DNA of 64,000 nucleotides from Octopus vulgaris (Eukaryota): positions 47,430,001 to 47,494,000 of the forward strand of contig OX597825.1 of NCBI GenBank assembly GCA_951406725.2, given 5' to 3'. Shown one piece after another: positions 1 to 13,573 of the stretch (its first letter is position 1; every line of letters begins with the position of its first letter). The position numbers and the translations under genes were made by a program. Under the pieces are notes generated by a model, which did no database searches, was not told the DNA's origin, and worked only from the letters and a program-made list of their open reading frames with translations.

Positions 1-77
1 GGTTGCAGTAACTTCTGCCTCATATATGATAGATTTAGTCATACCTTGTTGGTCAAGTGGATGTATGTATGCATGTA

Positions 78-990
78 GGAGAGGCTGCATGGCAAGAAGA
101 TTGCTTTCCAACCACATGGTTCTGGGTTCCGTCCCATTGCGTAGCACCTTGAGAAAGTGTCTAGCACTATAGCCTCGAACCAACTTAACCCTTGTGAGTG
201 TATCTGGTAGACTGAAAGAAGCCCGTCGTACATATATATATATACATATAAAGGGAAAGTTTACGAAAACAAACATAAAACGAAGGCAGGTGGTGTACAA
301 ACAAACAGATGTATTAGTGTAACGCTCAGGAATAGAAAAAGTCTTTTACGTTTCTAGCCTACGCTCTTCTACAGAAAGGTACACAGAAGAAACAAGGAGA
401 GAAAAAAATGTGTGTAGTAGCTAACGATCTATCATGGCGTCTGACTCGGACAGAATGGTCAGAAGGGAAGGGGAAAGTAGGGGAGATAATAAGGTCAAGA
501 TGACCTCCAACACGAAGGAGTCCCCAACACAAAGGTGCGTGTGCGTATAAGAGAGTATGTATGTGCGTGTGAAAGAGGGCTGGTGGTCTGTACGTGTGTG
601 TGTATGTATAAGATGTGGGAATGGGTGTGTGGGTGGTGTGATGTGATGTGATGTGTGTATGTATGTGTAGGTGTAAAGATGTGGCGATGGGTGTGTGGGT
701 GGTGTGTTGTGATGTGATGTTGTTGGGAGGTGGGGAAAGCACAGGTGGGGTGTGGGTTCGGCTGGAGGTTGGGGTAGAGTGGGGGTTGTGGGTAGGCAAT
801 ATATATATATATATGTATGTATATATGTATATATATGTGTATGCATGTATTTGTGTGTCTGTGTTTTCTCCTCTCTATTGCTTGTCAACCGATGTTGGTG
901 TGTTTTCCTCCTCGTAAGCTAGTGGTTTGGCAAAAGGGAACGATAGAATAAGTACTAGGCTAACAACGAATAAGTCCTGGGTTCGATTTT
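78..990 (+). mobile_element. tRNA-derived SINE, degenerate, interrupted at its internal (TA)n by a Penelope-like 3' fragment (~250-800)
   Basis: 78-228 matches the head of the SINE at 20113; 880-990 matches its core and tail (AACCGATG.TGGTGTGTTT...GATAGAATAAGTACTAGGC...AATAAGTCCTGGG). Confidence 0.8.
343..378 (-). ncRNA. Atypical minimal hammerhead-like motif
   Basis: Minus strand reads CTTT-CTGTAGAA-GAGC gtag GCTA-GAA-ACGT-A-AAAG. Stem I is CTTT/AAAG and stem III is the palindrome ACGT; the core deviates (A6U plus an extra A). A partial copy of the same repeat lies at 53203-53310 (+). Confidence 0.4.
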
Positions 991-1329
991 TTTTGAGAAT
1001 AACGTATTATTCTATGAATATTACCTGCATATTACAATACTAGGTGTGCCGTTGGATTCACTAAGTCATTCAATTTCATAGGTATATGTTCTGCGCTCAG
1101 TTAACCCTTATACCAGCTTCAATAAATTCTTCATTGCTCTCATTACTATCGTTATAGATACAAACGTTCAGTATATCCCTGCTCTTATTCATATCATATC
1201 CGACACCATCTGTATAGGTATTATTATTACTACTAATATTTACTTTATCCTTATTTATATTTGTATTAATCGTAATTACCCGGTCCATATTAGCGAACTC
1301 TAATTTCTCTTAACTTGTGCGCTGCAATG

Positions 1330-4300
1330 ATTTAGGTGAGGTTTCTTGGTGAAAAAAAATACGTGTAGGTTATGAAGCTGGTGCATCAGATAGTACTCGA
1401 AGGAAATCAGGGTTCTGTGGCCTGCTGCTAATGAGAAAGTAAAACATAAAGAGCTTAAAATCAAGGTGTGTCGAGCTCTTTATGAAATGGCAGGCTCTAC
1501 AGAGGAGAAACTAGGAAAATTAACAAGGTCAATATACGATACAGGAAAGGAATAATTTGGAATGAAAAATAGTATCCGATTAGCGAAAGAAAACTAGGGA
1601 CCAAGCAGGAGGATCAGAAAAATGAAACAGTTGAAGAAGGAAAAGACCAGCCGAAGAAAGCGATGGAAATGGGCTGCGGAAGACGAAAAATCTGGCCTCG
1701 TACTGCTGTACGACGATTTGAAAAGGAAATGCTGTTATGTGCAACGATATATTCGCCCATATGAGCGACAAAAGGAAAGTAAAGAAACTCGGGGGCAGTT
1801 TCTGAAGGGCCCGTACAAGGTTACTAAGAAGCTGTTCACTGAACCGAAGAGTGGACTTTATCGTGCACAAGAGAAGAATTTGAGGTTCATATCAAAGAAA
1901 CCTACAGCGATCCACATCGCAACCAGCCACTAAATGGTCTAAATCATATCTTAAAACCTGATATAGAATTCCAGATTGGGGGCATTAGGGAGAAAGAGGT
2001 GAGGGATTTCGTATGAAAAGCTAGAGCAAAGATTGCCCCAGGAGGTGATGGTGTCTCGTATATAAATATTAAAATATAAATATTAAAATCTGCGAAAGAT
2101 CTTTGTCCTACTACGACAGCAGTGGTGCGACGAGACTCTTGTAGAGGATCGGTGTAAGGCAGAAGGCATATACCTGCCGAAGGAGGCCAAGACAGGGACA
2201 ATAAAATAGTTTAGGTCAATATCCTTATTGAACGTGGAAGGCAAGATCTTTATGGGTACTCTCTCGAGGAGAATAGTTACATATTTACAGAGCAATGGAT
2301 ATGTTGATGAATCTGTTCAAAAGGCCGGAATCCCTGGGAACCTTGGGATCCCTGGATGCGTTGAACACTGTTTTTTCGATTTGGAAAGCGATCCAGGAAA
2401 CCAAACAGAACAAGAGAAGTCTGAACGTGGTATGGCTTGACCTAGCTAATGCATATGACTCAGTTCCACACGAATTACTGATGAGAGCCATGGACCACTT
2501 CCACATTCCAGACAAAGTAACCAAAATAATGAGGATATATTATGACAGTTTCGAGATGAGGTTTACAGCTGGAAATTTTACAACAGATTGGCACCGATTG
2601 GAGATTAGCATTGCTGCTGGTTGTACAATATATGTCACGTGTGTTATCTTAGTCATGGAGATGATTTGAAAACCGTGGATTTTTCGGAACAAACCACTCA
2701 TGTACAATCGCCTAAGAAAGCCTTCATGGTGGACGTGACACTTCTATCAACAGACAAGCAAATCATGCAGAGTGTCTTCTTGAGACTAGACGAGATTGTG
2801 AAGTAATCAAGGATGTGTTTTAGAGCAAAATAATTGCGTAGTTTGACATTTGTTAAGGGAGTGCAGAAAGAAGTCAAGCTATTCAGCTGAAAAAAGCATG
2901 CGAAAAGTCGAAGAAACCGTCAAGAGCTTAGTCAGATAGGAGTCACAAAATGGAAATTATAACAGAAGCCGAGGTTGGATTATCAGCAATTGATAACTCA
3001 AAGTTACCAAGTAAATATAACATTTGGTGCTTACATTTCGGCTTGTATCCGCGACTTTCGTGGTCACTTTTAATATACGAGGTAGAATTGTCACGACTTC
3101 AAATCATTGAACAAAACGTAATGTGTTCTTTAGAAAGTGGCTAGGCATACATCCGATATTGAACAGTTCAGCTCTTTATCGTGAAAAAGGCTCGTTGCAG
3201 TTACCACTGGCATCAACAGTCAAAATATATCAACTGGGGAAGGTAATAACGGTGATGATGCTGAGAGAGTTTAAGGACATTGAAATCAAGAGTAATCTAC
3301 CAGGTGTGAAAACAGCCAAGAAGTGGAAAGCAGAAGCAGAGACTGATGACATTCTGTCTTCTCTTACACACCGAGATATGGTGGGTGCAACGCAAATTCA
3401 TCGGAAGGGATTTGGTTTTGATGCAGATCGGTTCAGACCATTTGCAAGTATGATGCGGAACGAACGCAGATCTGTTGTTAGCAACAGCGTCAAAACGAGG
3501 GAAGCAGAGAGAAGAAAGATTCATTTGATCCAATGCATTCAAAAAGGACGGATGAGGAGATGGGAGGAACATGCTGTTGAGAGGAAAATAATTTGGGATG
3601 AGATATGGAGATGGACTGCATTTCGGCTAAGTTTTCTGATTCATTCATTTATCCTATGATGTTTTGCCATCACCTGCAAATCTAGTAAGATGGAACGTCT
3701 CAGAGAATGATACATGCAAATGCGGAAAGGTCGTAACACTGAAACATATTCTTTCCAACTGTTCACTAGCATTGAACAGGTATACATGGAGATACAATCT
3801 GGTCCCTAAGGTTATCTTCAATGCTATAAAGAACCAAATTGATCTCAACAACAGTGAAAAAGTACCGTTGAAAGTACCAACTAGAAATTTCATTATCTTC
3901 GTGCGCTCAGGACAGCGGATCCATTTCAAGAAGAACGAAAAACTTCCTGTGAGTAATGAAAAGTGGAACGGCTATTGGGAGGTGACTTCAGATTTACCAG
4001 GATGACAGGGACTTTTTCCCATCTCAGTTAGGAAAAAACAGGACGTTTTAATATGGTGTGAAAGAAAGAAAGTTGTGAATCTAGTCGAGTTAACGGTTCC
4101 TCATGAAGATAACATGGACGCCGCTCGGGCTCGAAAGATTGACCGTCATGTAAACCTCTTCGAGGAATGTGAAGACGCAGGCTGGAAAGCGAAGCATTTT
4201 CCAATCGAAGTCGGTTTGTTGGACACGGTGTAAGACAACAGTTGTTATCGTTAGGCCTTACTCATCGTAAAGTAAATACCATCATGACCGTTATCCAAAC

Positions 4301-4400
4301 TATAGTGGAAAGGGCTAGACACTGGATTTGGTTAAAAATAGACCATGAGCGATGCTTAGAAGAATATTGAGCTTTATTTGATAATTAGTTGATCTAGCAA
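1330..4400 (+). mobile_element. Decayed non-LTR retrotransposon with restriction-like endonuclease (Hero/NeSL-like), many frameshifts and stops
   Basis: RT motifs VWLDLANAYDSVPH and GIPGCVEH; CCHC knuckle CKCGKVVTLKHILSNC followed by RYTWRYN; RLE motif VELTVPHE near 4084. Confidence 0.85.
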
Positions 4401-4876
4401 GCGGGGGGCTCATATTAGTGATGGGGGTGGGCAGTGAGCATTGATGCCGTCAAGAGGTAGGTCCCGAAACGGCGCGCATTTTCTCCTGATAACCCCATAC
4501 ACTTGCTGGCTTCCAGTATGCGGAGTCTTCGACGAGTAGCACTTGCATGTGCAAGTTATTTTCAAAACATCTAAATCGATTAAATGTACAAAACTTGTAT
4601 CAGAAGCATTTTCGGAGTGTAATATGAAGAAAATGATCTTCATTGAATAAATTTTAAAGATGTGTATATTTCCATTCATCATGGTGTTTTGATAATACAC
4701 TCTGCATTCCACATGGAATTCATTAAAGTGAACGTCCTAGACAGAGAAATATAAATATATGCATTTTTATATATCATTAAACTAAACTACAGCAGGCTAC
4801 AAACGGCAGAGTACCTTAAAGGAGGAGAAATAAGGTGATGAGTCCAACAGTTGCTTCTAGAGGGTCGGATATCCAT

Positions 4877-4919
<43 letters not shown>

Positions 4920-5357
4920 AGGTATGTATAGGTACACATGTGTATGTGTATGTGTATGTATATGTGTATATGTATGTATATGTGTATATGTATGTATGTG
5001 CACACATGTATATATATGTATGCGTGTATATGTATATATATATATATATATATATGTACATATGTGTATGTGGGTGAATGTATATATAGGTGTAAATATG
5101 TGTATATAGGGAACTAGGTGTGTTGTGTGTGCATGAGTGTATGTGCGTATGAATATATATTTTTCTGTGTATATATGTATGTGTGGTCGTGGGTATATAT
5201 ATATATATACATGTGTGTATGCGTGCATGCATGGGAGTGAGTGTATGCATATATACGTGTGTGTATGTGTAGACAGGTATATGCATGTGCATGTGTATAA
5301 ATTTGTATATGTGGGCGGGTGTATGTATGTGTGTATGTAGATATGTATGTATATGTG

Positions 5358-5406
<49 letters not shown>

Positions 5407-5893
5407 GTGTATATATGTGTGTGTAGATACGTATACATGTGTGTATAGGTATAAGTGAGAATCTCCTTATTTACCTATAACTCTATCCCCCCTTTTTTTA
5501 TATATATATTTTTTTATATATATATTTTTTATATATATTTTTTATTTTTATTTTTTTATTTTTTTATTTTTTTATTTTTTTATTTTTTTATTTTTTTATT
5601 TTTTTATTTATCTATTCTTTCATCTAACTTACCACTGACTCCTTGACCACTCCCCCAAGTATGATATTTTGCGCTATGCCTAACCCCAAAAAAAGTCCCC
5701 CACCACCACTCCTTTAAACCTGCCTAAATGTATAAATGCTAATACAATTCTTGTTAAATAGCTTCCTGAAGATTTCTCTTGAATGAAACAGTACTAGTCC
5801 TGTAGAAGCTCCTTCTATATAATAAATTAATTTTACTCTGCTATGTATTGAGTACCTTACTTACTGTGGTTAACCCCGAATCAACCCGGGACC

Positions 5894-5898
<5 letters not shown>
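4920..5898 (+). mobile_element. Penelope-like 3' terminal repeat fragment with hammerhead; inverted homolog at 10530-11180
   Basis: 5450-5820 is the reverse complement of 10530-10830; flanked by (TA)n. Confidence 0.65.
5760..5810 (+). ncRNA. Type I hammerhead ribozyme
   Basis: AGCTTC-CTGAAGA-tTTC tctt GAAt-GAA-ACAG tactagtc CTGT-A-GAAGCT. Stem I 6 bp, stem III 4 bp, GUA cleavage triplet, weak stem II. Confidence 0.7.
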
Positions 5899-5957
<59 letters not shown>

Positions 5958-6385
5958 GGGAGTATAACTTCAAACTTACAGGGAAAATTCAAATTAGTAT
6001 TAAATCAAATTTCACAGTATAAATATATAAAATATAAAATATGAATTAGAGATAAAACCACAATGATGCAACTCAAACAGTGATAAACATAAACCAATAC
6101 ATAAATAACAAATAATATATATAATTAATATAATATAATATACAATATATATATATATTTTTCTTTTTCAAAAAGTATAAAATGAATGATAAATATAATA
6201 TAATAAGTACTTATATTATATTTATCATACATTTTATACTTTTTGAAAAAAACATTTATATATATATATATATATATTATATATTATATAATATTAATTA
6301 TATATATTATTTGTCATTTATGTATTGGTTTATGTCTATCACTATTTGAGTTGCATCATAGTGGTTTTATCTCTAATTCATATTT

Positions 6386-6494
<109 letters not shown>

Positions 6495-6515
6495 ATATCC
6501 ATTATATGTATATGT

Positions 6516-6552
<37 letters not shown>

Positions 6553-6554
6553 TC

Positions 6555-7826
6555 TAATAAGGAAAATAAGCACAAGGTAGAAAATGCTAAAATAATTTTA
6601 TCATGAAGAACATTTTAGCACCGGTTTCAGCCTTTGCGACTTTTCCAACTTAGAGTAAATCAGGAAAAACAATTAAATTGTGGAAAATTTAAATGAAATG
6701 TTTTTAAAAATTATCTCCATAGTTTTCAAATGCAAGGGACATTTTCCTTTTTTCTGTCTGTCTCTGGCTCTCTTTTTTACATTTGTGGGTTCCAGGTAGT
6801 TAGCAGCAGCTAGTTTGGTATGAATTCTTGTCTTTGTAGCAGTAGTAGTAGAGGAAGGAGGCGGCAAAGAAGAAGAGAAAGAATTAAAAAATGCGGGAGT
6901 GGTATGACAGTAAGAGGATGTTGGTGGAATCCTCTTCAATGGTCAAGTGAACTAAAATTGGTACGTTGTGGTAGTAATAGTAGTGACTGGAATTGTTCTG
7001 AATAAATTTATGTGAAGTGACTGTTTTGAATATATTGTTTTCAATATTCGCGTGGGTGTTATTCTAAAGACCTGGAAATAGAGGGTTTATATATTGTGAT
7101 AAAGAATGACTCTTTACTAATGTGCTGACTACAGGTTACAATACAACCTGTAGTCAGCGCATTAGTCATTCTTTATCACAAAATATAAACACCATTTGAA
7201 TGCATCCACCACAAATGACACTATCACCAGGGCCTTAGAATAACACCCACGCAAATATTAAAAGCGATATATTCAAAACTGTCACTTCACATAAATTTAT
7301 TCAGAACCTTTCCAACCACTACTATTCCAACAACAACGCATCAATTTTAAGTCACTTGACCATTTTAGAGGATTCCACCAACATCCTCTTACTGTCATAC
7401 CACTCCCGCATTCTTCTTCTTCTTCTTCTTCTTCTTCTTCTTCTTCTTCTTCTTCTTTTTCTTTTTCTTTTTCTTCTTCTTCTTCTTCTTCTTCTTCTTC
7501 TTCTTCTTCTTCTTCGCTGCCTCTTTTCTCTACTACTGCTATTTAAACAAACAATGACAAGAATTCATACAAAACTAGCTGCTGCTAACTACCTATAACC
7601 CACAAGAATAAAAAAGAGAGACAGGGACACAGAAAAAAGGAAAATTCCCTTTGCATTTGAAAACTATGAAAATAATTTTAAAAAACATTTCATTTAATTT
7701 TTCCAAAACTTAGTTGGTTTTCATGCTTTACTCAAAAGGTTCAAAAATTCGCAAACACTGTACTAAAATGTTCTTCATGATAAAATTACTTTACCATGTT
7801 GTACCTTGTTTTATTTTCCTTATACA
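6555..7826. repeat. Long diverged inverted repeat (fold-back) centred near 7141
   Basis: TGACTACAGGTT-acaatac-AACCTGTAGTCA at the centre; arms align outward for about 580 bp; the right arm carries an expanded (TTC)n at 7411-7515. Confidence 0.85.
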
Positions 7827-7966
7827 TATCAACTCGTGTGTTTCTTTTCAACCTTCTACGCACACACACACATTCACACACATATATATCCATCATATAT
7901 ATATATATATTCCTTATATATAAATAAATAAATAGAGTTAAGCGCAGTTGTTATTCAAATTCTTTT

Positions 7967-8055
7967 AATTCCGACACATGTATCGAAGATATCATTGGTG
8001 TTATTCCAAAGGAATAAAATGGTGTAAAACAAGTTAATCTTCTCTTCAGGGAAAT
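7967..8055 (-). ncRNA. Hammerhead motif, inverted copy of 10166-10262 with GAAA>GATA core mutation
   Basis: Minus strand reads ATTTCC-CTGAAGA-GAAGAT...ATCTTC-GATAC-ATGT-GTC-GGAATT. Confidence 0.6.
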
Positions 8056-8443
8056 GAAGAAATAAAGCTCGTCAATCAGACAATTTAACAGAATATCCTT
8101 AAGGCTTCTCTGTCCTTCTAGCTCTGACATCGGTGTACTTAGTAAAAATGTTCTAGATAAACATATTCCTACCTTATGGTGTAATTCATTCCAAGTCGTC
8201 GACTGGTTTAGTTCTATTACTCATAAGAGGAGCACTAATTTTATCTAGTTTGACATTTCTAGTTTTTATTCCTCTATCAACCCAATAGTATTTAATAAGG
8301 TACTTTGCTCATAACAGAACTGGTCTCACCTGGGAGGAAATCTATCATAAAATTTGACATCAAGCTGTGGGTCCGTAAAGATACACCCGATGGGTTTGAT
8401 GTTACGATGGGAAGTTCAGATTCAGCAGAAGTAGCTGAGTTAG

Positions 8444-8571
<128 letters not shown>

Positions 8572-10165
8572 TACTTTATTAAAATGGAAAACCAATTCCC
8601 AAGAATCAATGGAGGTCTATATCGTGATGATTGTTCACTCTACCTTCAAAATGCTTCTAACTAAAAAGTACAAAAAGTTTAGAATAGTTTAGTCGAATTT
8701 TTCCGTAGAATGGGCTTAAGCATCGTTTTTGATGATGTAACGAAAGCCAACTTTTTAGATATTACACTTAACTTACATAATAATTCATACTTCCCATACC
8801 ACAAACCATCGACCAATCTTAAGTATATTAGCCAATTCAGTAATCATTCAAGGGCAATCACTAAGAACTTAATTAAGAATATTTTATTTAGATTATTTAT
8901 CTGCTAACGTTGACATTTTCAATGATAAGGCTGAATTTTTTAACTCTGCCTTTCTTAAAGCAGGTTATACGATAAAGTTACCTACATTAATTTCATTCAA
9001 TCTTATTCTACCTTTACTAATGGGGACATGAATTCTAATTGTAAGGATATAAACGATATCAATTTTAATTTATACGCCAACACTAAACAGGAAGAGAGAT
9101 AACCCTTATGTAACCCCCTTTTTTCATTCTAAAGGTAAATCGATGTCTTTTAAAGATAGTTACACTAAAAATAAGGCAACTAATAGTAAAACTATTTGGT
9201 TGATTATTTCTTATGGGAGGCAAATTAAATCTAATTTTCCTTTACAGTTTTGGGAAGCTATTATTAGGAATTTTCCAAAGAATTCTTGGTATTACTCTAT
9301 TATCAACTCGCACACGGTTAGGATTGGTTTTTCCAACACAAAAATTCTCTTACAAATTATCTCCTTACATAATATTAGTCTGTTAAATAAGAATGTACTA
9401 ATACTAACAAATGTACTAATACTAACATTAATTTAGCTAATACCATCCATCCCCCTAGAAATGTTATTGTCTCTGAAGTCAATTCCAACAAAATTAAGTC
9501 TAAGTCAAGTAATTCTGAAATTGAAAACTCTAAATACCAGTGTAAAATTACTTCAGGTACAGATGTCCTTTTTTATATAGGTAGTTCTTATTCTCAGTTA
9601 TCTAAAGAATTTCTAATCATTACTCTACAATTTACAATAAATGTAAATTAATTTCTATCTAAGAGACCATAATGAACAATATAATTTAGATTGGTTGATT
9701 CTCTCCATTTCGTTCCCTTATGATAAAGGCAAAAAATTCTGTCTTCTCTGTAAATGTGAACTATTTTTTATTCTTTTTCTAAAAACCCCCCTGTAAACAC
9801 GGTTACAGAGCGTGCTTACCTATGTAAAAATTAGCAGAAACACATCTTTAGTTCATATAAGTGATATCTACCATTATATGTAATTTAAACATTGATTTTC
9901 TTCTTACATTACACTTCCACTAGATACATCTTCTTCCAAGACTTTCAGGCATTATTTAATTTACATATCGTTCTATACTTCTCATTTATTTGGTTTCTGA
10001 TCTTTTTTTTATTTCCTTTACCCCTCCTCTTTCTATAGGCTACATTTGACGTTATATCCTCTAACCTTTTTTATTTTTTCTAAATAACTTAATAGCGTTT
10101 AGTTCATCACTATACATATCCATCATATTCTGTTAAAATGTCTTATTGACGAGTTTTATTTCTTA

Positions 10166-10262
10166 ATTTCCCTGAAGAGAAGATTATATTGTTTTACACC
10201 ATTTTATTATTTTATTCCTTTGGAATAATACTAATGACATCTTCGAAACATGTGTCGGAAGT
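10166..10262 (+). ncRNA. Minimal type I hammerhead ribozyme with a long loop II
   Basis: ATTTCC-CTGAAGA-GAAGAT[54 nt]ATCTTC-GAA-AC ATGT GT-C-GGAAGT. GUC triplet; contains the palindrome ACATGT. Confidence 0.8.
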
Positions 10263-10441
10263 AAAAGAATTTGAATTACACCTGAGTTTAACTCCATTTA
10301 GTTATTTATATATATTATACAAAATATTTCACACACACCCGGAGTTTCTACATTCAAAAACAAGGTGTTTTATATGTATGTATATATATATATATATAAA
10401 TATGTATATATATGTATGTATATTTTATATATATATATATG

Positions 10442-10496
<55 letters not shown>

Positions 10497-10538
10497 ATAT
10501 GTATATATATATATAATATATATTTATTATATAGAAGG

Positions 10539-10589
10539 AGCTTCTACAGGACTAGAACTGTTTCATTCAAGAGAAATCTTCAGGAAACT
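10539..10589 (-). ncRNA. Type I hammerhead ribozyme (same family as 5760-5810)
   Basis: Minus strand reads AGTTTC-CTGAAGA-TTTCTCTTGAAT-GAA-ACAG ttctagtc CTGT-A-GAAGCT. Confidence 0.7.
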
Positions 10590-11219
10590 AGTTAACAAGA
10601 ATTGTATTGGCATTTATACATTTAGGCAGGTTTAAAGGGGTGTTGGTGGGGGACTTTTTGGGGGTAGGCATAGCGCAAAATATCATACTTGGGGGAGTGG
10701 TCAAGGAGTCAGTGTTAAATTAGATAGAAGAATAAATAAAAAAAAATAAAAAAAATAAAAAAATATATATATATATATAAAAAGGGGGAATAGAGTTTTA
10801 GGTAAATAAGGAGATTCTCACTTATACCTATGCACATATGTATACATATATACACACGCATACAAACATATATACATATACATACACACATACATACACA
10901 CACATATATATATACATATATATACACTTACACATACATATACATATCTACACATACACATATATGTATACATACACACACTCACATGCATACACGTATA
11001 CACACATGTATATATACACACACACGACCACACATACATATACACACAGAAAAATATATATACACATACACACACATACTCACATACACGCATACACACA
11101 CAAATCCACACACACACATGCACACACAGCACACTAGTCCCTATATACACATATATACACATACACACATATATACACACACAGTAGACAGATAAATGGA
11201 CTGGCTGTCATAGGCATAT

Positions 11220-11266
<47 letters not shown>

Positions 11267-11370
11267 CATACATATATATATATATGGTGACAAGCCTAAT
11301 CAATGGTGTTATCGTGCAATGCCTGTGCAAGAAGATACTGACATATATATGTATGTAAGTATATATGTAA

Positions 11371-11425
<55 letters not shown>

Positions 11426-11543
11426 CATACATGCCTACATACATACGTACATACATACATACATACATGTGTACATACATACATATATAGATAGATATAC
11501 GAATATATGGGTACAGGGCGTCATAGAACGTAAACAACATAAA

Positions 11544-11636
11544 ATAGAGTGGTTGTATACTGTCAACTTAACGTGACAGTCCTGTAAGGGAATTTCAGGA
11601 CTGTCACGTTAAGTTGACAGTATACAACCACTCTAT
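11544..11636. repeat. Perfect 41-bp hairpin inside a short insertion
   Basis: 11544-11584 is the exact reverse complement of 11596-11636, with an 11-nt loop. Confidence 0.9.
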
Positions 11637-12493
11637 CGCTTCACCACCGTACATATCTCTATGAGATATTTAGAAATTTAATATTTCTGAACATAAAATA
11701 CATACATGAAATGCGAAATACGAAAAACAACATGAAATACGAAGACAAAACTTTTTTGCGAAGAACGAGAGAAACAAATGGAAAAAGACAAGTAACATAA
11801 AGAATGATCCTTCATCAGTTTTCAGCTGTTAATCTACTCCACATTTCCACCAGTTCATGACAATATGTGCCTTCGATAAAAAAGTTGCTCCAGCAAATCA
11901 AACTATAGTTTGAGATTTTACTGAAGGCCAAAGTTGGTAACAAAAGCCAGATGGGGTTAGGTGGCAAACCCCGAGAAACATTCTTCGACAGGAGAAAAAG
12001 TAAGAGAGGAGACGGACAAGAATACATCTGGTCTGTGCAACAGACCAGATGAAAAGGAAGATGAAAACGTGTGGAAAAGAGATGGTCGATGGTCACGTGT
12101 GAGCAACGAGAGTAAAGGAGGAGGAAGGAGAGAGTGAGGGACAGATAGAAAACGGTGAAGGGGAGAAAAAAGTATGAGCGAAAGGATGAGAGGGAAAAAC
12201 GAAAGGGAGAGAAGGGGAGGATAAAAGAATTAGAGAAAGGAAGAGAAGGAAAAACGAATGGGTGAGAGAGTCGCATCAAAATTATTAAGATAAATTTACT
12301 TGGAAATGGATGCGTGGCGTCCATTTATATAATAATATAAATAATATATATATATATAAATTAGAGAAAAAACACTATTATGTAATTCAAACAATGATAG
12401 ACATAAACCATATCATATAGGAAAAAAATTAAACATATATCTAGATCACAAAAGGTACATAATAATGAATAAACATTATATAATAAGTAAAAA

Positions 12494-12595
12494 GACTACG
12501 TACGTTTCGTGGCTATAACTTCAATTCGAATTACAATTGAATTTAAATTTAATCCCCAAACAATTCAATTTAAAAGTATAGTCAGACCTCAGGTC
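12494..12595 (-). ncRNA. Decayed hammerhead motif in a Penelope-like terminal repeat fragment (12360-12950)
   Basis: Minus strand reads GAC-CTGAGGT-cTGACTATA...TATAGCCAC-GAA-AC GTAC GT-A-GTC. Confidence 0.5.
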
Positions 12596-13000
12596 AACAA
12601 TAATAACAATAATAGTTAAATAAATAAATATTTTTAATAAATAATCAAATAGAATTAAACAATATTTCTTAAAGAATATAAACATGATTCTTCTTATAGA
12701 TGAAACTCATGATAATAGACACCTGGTCCTACTTTTTAAGTTTCAAATTTAGTTATAAAAATTCAAATTTCGATAAAAGTAAACAAAGTTTGCTTTAGAA
12801 GCTTTGAGATGTCTGAGAAAGTTAAAGAAGTAATTTTTTTTTAATTCTCCAACGCAGGATAATACTAATAATATAGCATGAACAGGATAAACTACTCCTA
12901 TTTTGCAGAAAAAAGTGTTCGTGGACAGCCATAAGACACGAGCTCACATACCTACCTTACCTTTAAGCTAAGCTGCCTCCACAAATATATATATATATAT

Positions 13001-13031
<31 letters not shown>

Positions 13032-13089
13032 CACACGCACACACATATCTATATATACATACGTATATGTATGTATGTGTGTATGTATG

Positions 13090-13385
13090 TGTAAAGCTGG
13101 ACTCAAGAATCATCTCCGTAGTAATAAAGCGAGACAGATGAGTGACAACCTGGCCAATGGTGGTGGTGTTACACACCATACTAATCATATCTATCAGGCA
13201 TGTGGAAGAGAGTGTACATGAAGCCCAGTTACAACTACAGCCGGCTATTACCGGTAAAGGTTTTAGCTGCCAATTCTGTACAAGACATTGTACATCTTTA
13301 GCCGGGCTAAAAAGTCACAGCACCAATAACGGAATTTTGTTAAGCTTCGTGCAATGGCCATACTCGATAACGAGGGGGCAGCCAT
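13090..13385 (+). mobile_element. 3' end remnant of an RTE-like LINE
   Basis: Terminal zinc-finger-like string FSCQFCTRHCTSLAGLKSH, typical of the C-terminus of RTE ORFs. Confidence 0.5.
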
Positions 13386-13399
13386 CATGTGTATATATA

Positions 13400-13573
13400 C
13401 GTGGGGTGGTGAAAAGTTCCTGAGTTTGGGTAAAAGAAAATTCAAGAGGATCGGTTAATAATGATTTTATTCAACATATTCCCTTCTCAGATTCACAAAC
13501 GTTTTGTGAAGTTTGGGCTTCTAGACAGATCTTTCGCGACACCCTAAAGCTAGGAACTTTTCAGCACCCCTCG
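13400..13573. mobile_element. Tc1/mariner-derived MITE
   Basis: TA|CGTGGGGTGGTGAAAAGTTCCT...AGGAACTTTTCAGCACCCCTCG|TA; imperfect ~28-bp TIRs and TA TSD. Confidence 0.85.

Noticed and set aside
11805-11855. GAAA...CTGATGA order on the minus strand (also ~17430-17480) suggesting a permuted hammerhead
   Set aside because: I could not build the required stems by eye
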